DNA of 20,000 nucleotides from an uncultured virus (IMG/VR IMGVR_UViG_3300022555_000047) (taxonomy: Duplodnaviria > Heunggongvirae > Uroviricota > Caudoviricetes): IMG/VR virus record IMGVR_UViG_3300022555_000047; one strand, given 5' to 3'. Each line of letters opens with the position of its first letter. The stretch's first letter is position 1. A program made the position numbers and the translations under genes. Below the pieces are notes generated by a model. The model was not told the origin of the DNA. It saw only the letters and a program-made list of their open reading frames with translations, and did not search any database. This document shows positions 12,999 to 20,000 of this stretch, one piece after another.

Positions 12999-15281
12999 TT
13001 AATAATAAAATTCTTTAATAATAACCACTCCACTATTTCCTGTTCCACTTGTCGTTACTCCTCCTACACTTGAATTTCCATTTCCTCCTCCTGCTCCTAT
13101 TGTAATTGGTACAGAAGATGGGACACTTGAACTAGACAATATTTTTCTAGAATAAGTTCCACCTGTTCCTCCATAAAAGTTTAAGTTATTCCACCCAGCA
13201 TATGAACTTCCTCCTTTTCCATAAGTTCCAATAAAACTTAATCCTCCTTGACCTGATACGTAAGTTTTTGTATTGCAATTTGTGCTACTACAGCTAGTCA
13301 TTGGGCTAACACTCCCCGCATTACCAGATAAAATTAAATCTCCGGTTGTATTGTTTACTAAAGAACTAAAAGAAGAAGCCCCCCCTATTTCACCGGCAAC
13401 ATTTCCTCCGTTTCCAATATCGAATCCATCTCCACCATTTCCGCCATCTACAGTCTCCACTTCAAGATATTTTACTCCTGCCGGTTTCGTGTATGTTTTT
13501 CCTAGGATTAAATATCCTCCTCCACCAAGTGTTACTGTTTCAGCATATCCAGTTGGGCTAGTAATTTGAAAATAATTTGTCCCACTTGCTAGTACTGTGG
13601 CAGATAGGATGTTGTTTAAATTATAGTGAGAGTTAGAAGAAGAGAATTGTATATTCATTCCTACTGGGATGCTAGTTGGTGTGATATTTGGATTCGTTCC
13701 AACTCCTGTGTATGTATATCTCCAAATACTACCACTTATGTTTGACACAGTGAATTGAGTAGTTGAGTCTCCGATATTTGAACCAAGAGTAAATATTTGG
13801 GTCGTGGGTATTTTGGAAATATACGCCACCTGACTACTTACTCCTTGCAAGGTTTTAAAATATAAATCAACGTTTGCAACGGCAACATAAGTGTCGGTTG
13901 TATTCCAATATTTTACACTTCCACTTGTATATCCTCCGGCAGTGTTATCGCCAAGGTTGGGGTGATTTGCGTTATCGGCAGTTGATGCACTAGCTTGTAT
14001 CCAATAGGTTGAACCTTGTGTCATACTTGCGTATTCCGAAGTGAAAATTGCTTCAAACTCTCCCACAGGCAAAGCAAGCCATTGTGCGTTTGTGATAGTA
14101 ACAGTACCTAGAGCGGATCCACTTGGGCTTCCTGCTGTATCTGCAAAAAGGGCGACAGTCACAGTTCCTGTGAATATTCCAGTATCGGCAGACTTATAAA
14201 GTCTTGCTCCTCGAATTTTAGTTTTGGTTGGTATAAATGATTGTTGAATTTTGTTTTTATTTCCTGTGGTATTAGCCATTCCAAATTCTACAGTAGCGTT
14301 TTGGGTTGTTTGTGATTGGTCTGAGTCTGCGGTATAGACTTGGTCTTGTGCTATTAATTTATTTTGAGAAGTATAAATTCCCTGTGAAACACCTGCATAT
14401 AAAAGATAAGCGGCAGGGTTAAGTTCAAGACCCGTATTTGATGGCAAAAATTGTCCGACTACTTTCGTGTATGTTCCTGCTGATGTTCCTGCATTTCCTC
14501 CAGTATTTGAAATGTATGCGAGATTTCCTACTGTCCCAGTATTGTTTGTATCTACTCCACGAATTAATACTCCGTTTGATATAGTATTTCCTGCTGTCCC
14601 TGCGCCTTGAGCTATTCCAAGTTCTGTATTAGAGAATGTAGTTGTATCATTTGCTTTTGCTTTCCACCAATATCCGTCTGATTTTAAATAAATAATATTT
14701 CCGGCGGCAACAGTTTCTCCTGCCGTACCTGTAACTACGATTTGATTGGTTGATACTGTTCCTCCATTTACCACAGAAAGAACATATGCTTTCGTAGTTA
14801 AATCTTGACTTCCAAGTGGTGATACTCCTACTTTATAAGATATTGCAGATGGTAATGAGTCCACCCCGGCCATAATATTTCTAACAATTGTAAAAACAGG
14901 GAAGTCTGTTATTTTGACGTCTGCACCTCGTCTATGAGTGAATTGTAGGGTTGAAGTAGAAGAATTGCCTGTGAGCGTATCTACCCCCCTTAAAAGCGAT
15001 GTTATGGACGTACCTGATGCTGTTCCACAAATGAATTCCACGTTTGGGTTTCCTGAGTCCACTGTGAAACACGTGTATCCCGAGAGTGTTGACCCATTGG
15101 CAAGTATTCCACTTGCAAGAGTCATTGACGTATCTGTCTTTCCAATTGGAGAGGCAAGCGATGTTTCAAAAAGAGACGGCGCTATTGGAATTGTTGACCC
15201 TGATGTTTTTAAAAATCCGACCGCAAGAATTGCTAGTATCAGAAGAGTTGAGGTAATTATTTTTTGGAGAATGTTTTTCAT
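12999..15281 (-). CDS. Tail-fibre/receptor-binding-like protein with an N-terminal signal-peptide-like segment and a C-terminal Gly-rich domain
   Basis: Thr/Gly/Ser-rich beta-type protein; AGETVAAGNIIYLKSDGYWWKAKA segment; C-terminal TYTKPAGVKYLEVETVDGGNGG...ITIGAGG...GVVIIKEFY, typical of phage tail-fibre Gly-rich domains. Start at ATG 15281, 6 nt after TGGTATAAT. Confidence 0.68.
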   Translation of the reverse strand: MKNILQKIITSTLLILAILAVGFLKTSGSTIPIAPSLFETSLASPIGKTDTSMTLASGILANGSTLSGYTCFTVDSGNPNVEFICGTASGTSITSLLRGVDTLTGNSSTSTLQFTHRRGADVKITDFPVFTIVRNIMAGVDSLPSAISYKVGVSPLGSQDLTTKAYVLSVVNGGTVSTNQIVVTGTAGETVAAGNIIYLKSDGYWWKAKANDTTTFSNTELGIAQGAGTAGNTISNGVLIRGVDTNNTGTVGNLAYISNTGGNAGTSAGTYTKVVGQFLPSNTGLELNPAAYLLYAGVSQGIYTSQNKLIAQDQVYTADSDQSQTTQNATVEFGMANTTGNKNKIQQSFIPTKTKIRGARLYKSADTGIFTGTVTVALFADTAGSPSGSALGTVTITNAQWLALPVGEFEAIFTSEYASMTQGSTYWIQASASTADNANHPNLGDNTAGGYTSGSVKYWNTTDTYVAVANVDLYFKTLQGVSSQVAYISKIPTTQIFTLGSNIGDSTTQFTVSNISGSIWRYTYTGVGTNPNITPTSIPVGMNIQFSSSNSHYNLNNILSATVLASGTNYFQITSPTGYAETVTLGGGGYLILGKTYTKPAGVKYLEVETVDGGNGGDGFDIGNGGNVAGEIGGASSFSSLVNNTTGDLILSGNAGSVSPMTSCSSTNCNTKTYVSGQGGLSFIGTYGKGGSSYAGWNNLNFYGGTGGTYSRKILSSSSVPSSVPITIGAGGGNGNSSVGGVTTSGTGNSGVVIIKEFYY

Positions 15282-15287
15282 ATTTTT

Positions 15288-15320
15288 ATTATACCACTTA
15301 TTTTTTAATGCAAACGACCT
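15288..15320 (-). promoter_or_regulatory. Extended -10 promoter (leaderless) for the fibre-like gene, with an AGGTCG motif upstream
   Basis: TGGTATAAT (15296-15288), 6 nt, ATG (15281); AGGTCG at 15320-15315. Confidence 0.65.
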
Positions 15321-17787
15321 AGTTGTTAATTTCGGGGTCAGCGAATTGGATGATTCTTCTTCGCTTAAACCGAATATCTTTATAAGCAAATTTATTTATT
15401 TGAGCATATCCGACATCAGTTGCTTCTAATCTGAATGATATGTATTCGAATAAATCTGTGTGAACAGGAATGTCTATTTCGAACTCGTTAGCCGTTGCGT
15501 TTCCATCACCCTCTCCACCGATTATATTTTCTCCAATAGTGAACGAACCTATTCCAATTGGCGATGATTTATTTACATAATTTGATGCTCCGTCTATTTC
15601 GAAAACATCTATATATGCTCCACTATCGAGTGAATAAGATACTTTTATTTTTTGTGATGGTTGGATGAGTCCTTGTATGTTAAAGTATCCTACTTTTTTC
15701 ATGCCCGGAATATCTAGGTTTGTATATCCATTGTTCCAGTAATTTTGTATCACTTCTCCGTCGTCATCGAAGCCAGAAAATAAAGTATAAATGTTTGGGG
15801 ATAGAGAGTCTCCAGAAATTAGAGCACCATAAAAAACTGACAATGCAGTTGACCCATAGTCTAGTTTGCTCCACAACTCAGAGGTTGTATCTCGTATAAA
15901 AAATACATCATTGTAATTATTTATTTTTCCATTTTGTAAATTAGCACAACAAACAATATCGTAGTCTCCCCAATTAAAAATAACAGCATGGTCAAACCCA
16001 AATGTAGTTAAATCGAGATAGTCTTCAGAGAGTTTTGTTGGTACTATTGTTAGATTATTTCCTGCCGCTTTTATTTCTAAAATTGAAAGGGTTGGGTTTC
16101 CCGGGTTTGAATTATTCAAAAATAATACTCCTGAACCTTTTGGAAAGGCGGCACGTGAATTTGGAATTCCTATCTGTTCGTAGTATGGCAAGTTGTCAAA
16201 AGATTTGTCATCTGTTGCGAGTGTCAACTGCCAAGTTTTTAAAATGTGGAAGCAATATTCAACTCCATTGAAAGGGAACACCGCTTTTGCATTTCCTCCT
16301 GCATCATCTTGTCTTAAGGTTTCGCCCGTGAATGGTACTCGAGTCGCTGTGTTAAATGAGAAATCGCATACTCCTTTGCTTGTAGCATCTTCTGTGTTGA
16401 ATGTTGCAGTACCGATTTCTCCTGCTAGCGGAGCAGTAAAGAAATTAATCACAAAATCTCCTGTGGCATAATTAATTGTGCCAGTTCCTCCTAAATTAGA
16501 ATTTAAGTTTCCACATCCATCATCAAAGAATTTTTCTGTCCCTGCGCCTGTGGTTATGCTGATGTAAAAAATTGTATTTTTAGCAGGCACTGTCAAAGTT
16601 CCTGTAAAAGTTTTTAGTATTCCGTCTGCTGTAAATAGTGTTCCTTGAGTCGTTTCTGCGGGGTAGTCGCTCAATAATTGCCTATCCGTCCATGACATAT
16701 ATACTCCCGTTGGATCCTTGGAGTCCTTTGTGTTTCCATTTCTTCCTACTGCAAACATTCTGCTTTGGTAACTTCTTTCAAATATAAATCTAAAGGTATC
16801 CATTACTTGGTCTACCACGTCTTTTGGGTTCGCCACATTTATTTTATAAATAGAAGAATTGGGCGATGTTAAATACATAAAAGAACCGGCTAGGTTTGAG
16901 TATGGAACTATGTTTACGTCTTCACCTTTTGCCTTAATTGGTAGTATGTCTGTAGTGTTTACTTCGACAGTATCTCCTCCACTTCCAACTCCAAAAACAT
17001 AAAAATATAAATCATAGAATAAACCTAAGTCATACCAACTGCCAGAAATTAAAGCAGATGCATTTCCTGAGTGTCCGGGGGTTTCAAGACTACTCCCGAC
17101 TATAATAAAATCAACCGATGCTGTATTTGGATATTCAATTGAGACGGCATACTGTCCCTCGTTTAATGTTATTTTATTTAGTCCAGTAAATTTAAACGAA
17201 TAAAGAGAGTAAAGTGTTGTGATAGTTGAAATATCAAAAGGGTCAGATGTAGCTAGTGGTATACCACTTGGTATTGCATCGGTTCCAAATGTTCCAGAGA
17301 TATTATAAATTTTTGCCACTGCATTACCTACTGGAGACCCAACTTTTTTTAAAGAGAATTTACAGAAGTCTATTTGTATTTTTTTTAATACAGTAAATGT
17401 TTGAGCGGCTCCTTTTATGTCGTCGCTCAATGCTTGGTCGTCGGTACTTTGACTATTAAAATAGTAATCAATTAATTCAATATTCTTGTCATAAATCATT
17501 ATCTTTCTATCGTAAGTAAAAAATGGAACCTCATTTCCGTTGTTTAAAACACCAACTCCAAGGCCTGTGACGGGGTTTCCGTTCCTATTAGTTTGCCCAA
17601 TAAGTTGTTTTCCTCTTCGGAGTTGAATGTTATCTTTTTGTGTTCCAGTTATCCAATTTAAAGAGTCAAAGCTTTCGCCACGTTCTAAAAATCTAGTATC
17701 TGATTTTGAAGTATTCAACCCTCCCCAAGTATGTGTTAGGTCTCCTATCACGTATGGAGGGATTATTTTTCCTTTTCCTTTTGCCAT
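15319..17787 (-). CDS. Tail stabilisation / nozzle-like protein (P22 gp10 / T7 gp12 position) with an inserted beta-sandwich domain
   Basis: 822 aa, starts with WGGLNT...SLNW...IQLRRG (GGLN motif of podoviral tail tubular/stabilisation proteins), beta-rich, follows the adaptor gene. Confidence 0.65.
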   Translation of the reverse strand: MAKGKGKIIPPYVIGDLTHTWGGLNTSKSDTRFLERGESFDSLNWITGTQKDNIQLRRGKQLIGQTNRNGNPVTGLGVGVLNNGNEVPFFTYDRKIMIYDKNIELIDYYFNSQSTDDQALSDDIKGAAQTFTVLKKIQIDFCKFSLKKVGSPVGNAVAKIYNISGTFGTDAIPSGIPLATSDPFDISTITTLYSLYSFKFTGLNKITLNEGQYAVSIEYPNTASVDFIIVGSSLETPGHSGNASALISGSWYDLGLFYDLYFYVFGVGSGGDTVEVNTTDILPIKAKGEDVNIVPYSNLAGSFMYLTSPNSSIYKINVANPKDVVDQVMDTFRFIFERSYQSRMFAVGRNGNTKDSKDPTGVYMSWTDRQLLSDYPAETTQGTLFTADGILKTFTGTLTVPAKNTIFYISITTGAGTEKFFDDGCGNLNSNLGGTGTINYATGDFVINFFTAPLAGEIGTATFNTEDATSKGVCDFSFNTATRVPFTGETLRQDDAGGNAKAVFPFNGVEYCFHILKTWQLTLATDDKSFDNLPYYEQIGIPNSRAAFPKGSGVLFLNNSNPGNPTLSILEIKAAGNNLTIVPTKLSEDYLDLTTFGFDHAVIFNWGDYDIVCCANLQNGKINNYNDVFFIRDTTSELWSKLDYGSTALSVFYGALISGDSLSPNIYTLFSGFDDDGEVIQNYWNNGYTNLDIPGMKKVGYFNIQGLIQPSQKIKVSYSLDSGAYIDVFEIDGASNYVNKSSPIGIGSFTIGENIIGGEGDGNATANEFEIDIPVHTDLFEYISFRLEATDVGYAQINKFAYKDIRFKRRRIIQFADPEINN

Positions 17788-17788
17788 G

Positions 17789-18490
17789 TTATCCTCTTAC
17801 TCCTCTTGGGCCAATGCCAGTATTTCCTCTGTTATTTCCTACAGGATAATCTATATTATTAACTGCGGATATCGCCATCTCCGCATCTTCACTCGCCATT
17901 GCTTCGTAGATTTGGTCTGCCATTCTCCCATTGTCATCGGCATTTCGTGCATTCACATCATCCCAATCAGTACCAAGTCTCCAGTGAGCGGCCGCATCAA
18001 AGGCAAGTATTGGATGGTAGTCGCTATCGAAATTTCCCCATGATGTTGCTAGAGTTATTGGATCTGTTTTCTGAATAAAATATTGATAAATTTTGTAGTT
18101 TCCCGGTACTATTCCTGTGATATAAAATTTTTGGCTTCCATAGTCTACTGCAAAGTGTCCGAACTCGTCTTTGTATTCTAGTATTTTTTCAAATGGTACT
18201 TCGGTTAAATATTGAATATCATTTGCTCCATCAAATAAAATAATGAGTCCTTGAGACAAGGAACTTTCTCCGACATATCTTCTAAAATTGTCAGGAGTGT
18301 CGTGTGCTACTAAATATGTACTTGAGCCACTCACTGTGTCAGCTTTATCGAGTGCAACTAAAACTTTCCAAGGACGTTTGCGCTCGTACTTCATCTTCGA
18401 GAGATTAATTAATTGGAGAATATATGTTTCGTCTGGAGCTTCTCCCCCCAATATTTTTGTTACTAAATCTACTATTGCTTGTCCGTCCAT
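17789..18490 (-). CDS. Head-tail adaptor-like protein (T7 gp11 / P22 gp4 position)
   Basis: 233 aa; ILQLIN...RPWKVL...PDNFRR...YHPILAFDAA pattern; directly upstream of the stabilisation protein. Confidence 0.6.
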   Translation of the reverse strand: MDGQAIVDLVTKILGGEAPDETYILQLINLSKMKYERKRPWKVLVALDKADTVSGSSTYLVAHDTPDNFRRYVGESSLSQGLIILFDGANDIQYLTEVPFEKILEYKDEFGHFAVDYGSQKFYITGIVPGNYKIYQYFIQKTDPITLATSWGNFDSDYHPILAFDAAAHWRLGTDWDDVNARNADDNGRMADQIYEAMASEDAEMAISAVNNIDYPVGNNRGNTGIGPRGVRG

Positions 18491-18491
18491 A

Positions 18492-19403
18492 TTATTTATT
18501 TAATGCTTTTAATGTTTTCGGCCCGACAATGCCGTCAACTTGTAAACCATTTTTTCTTTGAAACACTCTCACTGCTGATTGAGTCATCTTATAAAAAAAT
18601 CCCGTTGGTTTTATTCCGAATTTTATTTGCAACTGTTCAACATCTTCTCCTCTATCTCCTATTTTCATGCTTCTTGTAAAAACATATCTGGATGGTTTCA
18701 CTGTTCCAATGACTTTCATGATGTAATTTATTGGAGTATCTATTTCTTTGACGTACGGCTCATAGCTGTCAAAATAATAACCGACGGCTACTTGTTCTAC
18801 TGCATGAGTCCCCGGTACTGGGATTGCGATGTGAAGTGGTGATTGCTTAAGTGCCGGAAGAATAAGCTCTGAGTTATCTGGAGTCATTGCTACCCATTCA
18901 TATGAAAAGTTTAAAATATCTAGTATTTTTTTTGCTTTTTCCGTCATTTCTTCTGTGATATTTTTTGGGTCATGATATTCTTCCCAACTATTTCCTCCAA
19001 ATGGAAAGTCTACCTCTGGGAGAAGTCCATCGTGACGAATGCTGTCCCACACGTTTTGAAAATAATTACCTTGATGAGTTGTCCCTGACATGATAGCAGT
19101 GAAGCGATCACTCGCATTGAACTTTCCGTTTTTATAAAATCCTAATTTGTTTATCGTTTCTAATTGTGAAGCACTTAGTTTGTCGTTCGCAATAAACCAA
19201 TTCAACCAAGTCTCTACGATATTAAGTGCAGAAAAAGTGGAGCACGACATTGTGTCAAACGTTGCGTATTTATATTGTTTTTCTCCCTCTGGAAGAAAGG
19301 CACGCCAGTCTCCTGATTCGTGTACATCAATAGAAGTCAGAGGAGATGCTCCTGTAATGTAGTCTGTTTTTTTTAGTTTAAATAAAAATCCTGTTTGTTT
19401 CAT
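18492..19403 (-). CDS. Papain-like (C1-type) cysteine peptidase with a C-terminal peptidoglycan-binding domain; endolysin candidate
   Basis: DWR...EKQ...SCSTFSA (catalytic Cys), ASDRF, THAV (His), FDSY; C-terminal GDRGEDVEQLQ...TQSAVRVFQRKNGLQVDGIVGPKTLKALN matches PG_binding_1. Confidence 0.82.
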   Translation of the reverse strand: MKQTGFLFKLKKTDYITGASPLTSIDVHESGDWRAFLPEGEKQYKYATFDTMSCSTFSALNIVETWLNWFIANDKLSASQLETINKLGFYKNGKFNASDRFTAIMSGTTHQGNYFQNVWDSIRHDGLLPEVDFPFGGNSWEEYHDPKNITEEMTEKAKKILDILNFSYEWVAMTPDNSELILPALKQSPLHIAIPVPGTHAVEQVAVGYYFDSYEPYVKEIDTPINYIMKVIGTVKPSRYVFTRSMKIGDRGEDVEQLQIKFGIKPTGFFYKMTQSAVRVFQRKNGLQVDGIVGPKTLKALNK

Positions 19404-19561
19404 CTCTCTTTTGTTAAAAATTCTAGTGTTTTATTAATCCCGGCTAGATTAATATTTATGTTGCTAATATCTGCTTGAATATGAGCTAGGTGATTCTCTT
19501 TTATTCCCTTTATGTCTTTGCAAACATCTCTATATCCTTTTTGTAAGATAAGTATTTTCAT
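19400..19561 (-). CDS. Small coiled-coil protein (53 aa)
   Basis: Manual translation: MKILILQKGYRDVCKDIKGIKENHLAHIQADISNININLAGINKTLEFLTKER; ATGA overlap with the peptidase start; begins 1 nt after the upstream stop. Confidence 0.6.
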   Translation of the reverse strand: MKILILQKGYRDVCKDIKGIKENHLAHIQADISNININLAGINKTLEFLTKER

Positions 19562-19562
19562 A

Positions 19563-19850
19563 TTATTTTAATGGTGGAATGCAGTCCGCATTTTGACTTT
19601 TACATAATAAATAAATATTTGATTGCATATTTTGAAGTATTAAAGCATTTTGGGTATTTTGTGATTTAGTTGATTCTTCTAAAGTAGTAATTCTAGTATC
19701 TGCGTTTGTATCTTTTAAAGTTAGAGAAGTATAAAATACTCCTATGAAAGTAAGTATTATACCAATTAAAATTCCAACTATCCACTTAAAGAAAGTATTT
19801 TCTTCATTTTTTATTGCTTGACTATCATTTGTTTCTTGTTGTGATTCCAT
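19563..19850 (-). CDS. Single-pass membrane protein with a coiled-coil C-terminus (holin/lysis-associated candidate)
   Basis: FFKWIVGILIGIILTFIGVFY transmembrane segment; start re-placed at MESQQE (19850), 1 nt after the upstream TAG. Confidence 0.65.
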   Translation of the reverse strand: MESQQETNDSQAIKNEENTFFKWIVGILIGIILTFIGVFYTSLTLKDTNADTRITTLEESTKSQNTQNALILQNMQSNIYLLCKSQNADCIPPLK

Positions 19851-19851
19851 T

Positions 19852-20000
19852 CTAATTATCCACATTATTAACTGCTAATATCTTTGCATTTACATCTTCT
19901 AGTTTATTTTGTATTTGAGTAAGTAATTTTGTTTCATTTGTCTTTTGCATATTTAAAATATCCAAAGAAACAAAACCTAAAGATTGAGAAATTTCAACCT
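19852..20000 (-). CDS. 3' end of a hypothetical coiled-coil protein (partial)
   Basis: Open frame ...VEISQSLGFVSLDILNMQKTNETKLLTQIQNKLEDVNAKILAVNNVDN* ending at TAG 19854-19852. Confidence 0.55.
   Translation of the reverse strand, partial: VEISQSLGFVSLDILNMQKTNETKLLTQIQNKLEDVNAKILAVNNVDN

Noticed and set aside
611..19362. Plus-strand ORFs in the supplied track (e.g. 3698..4330, 9902..10489, 14938..15429)
   Set aside because: They are antisense shadows of well-supported minus-strand genes, with no motifs or expression signals.
1..20000. CRISPR array, tRNA/rRNA genes, DGR template/variable repeats, integrase or att site
   Set aside because: No spaced direct repeats, cloverleaf, long near-duplicate or reverse transcriptase/integrase ORF was seen by eye, and intergenic space is very limited.

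Overview
A 20-kb internal segment of a tailed dsDNA phage or prophage (podovirus-like virion module). Almost all genes are on the minus strand. In transcription order (right to left): small membrane/coiled-coil genes; a papain-like peptidase with a peptidoglycan-binding domain; head-tail adaptor; tail stabilisation protein; a tail-fibre-like protein that starts with a signal-peptide-like segment; two large ejection-type proteins (one with a lytic-transglycosylase-like domain); a HAD-phosphatase/PurD-like ATP-grasp gene split in two by an in-frame, intron-less HNH endonuclease gene; an acidic micropeptide; an NNPGN lysozyme-like protein; a holin candidate; a phage-borne KhpA; a terminator-bounded two-gene cassette; then an early region (small ORFs, Sak/Rad52, PD-(D/E)XK exonuclease, secreted protein, Holliday-junction resolvase, NinB with an in-frame stop) and a replication initiator running off the left edge. 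The scarcity of Shine-Dalgarno sites, leaderless promoters and the KhpA sequence suggest a Patescibacteria/CPR-type host (inference only). Most notable: (1) host chromosome-cycle signals in the phage, namely a perfect parS site and a second near-consensus parS site inside coding sequence, plus perfect DnaA boxes directly upstream of both early promoters; (2) the split HAD/ATP-grasp enzyme with an adjacent acidic peptide; (3) a switch- or pseudoknot-like RNA leader in front of the replication initiator. All protein calls come from motif recognition by eye; no searches were run.
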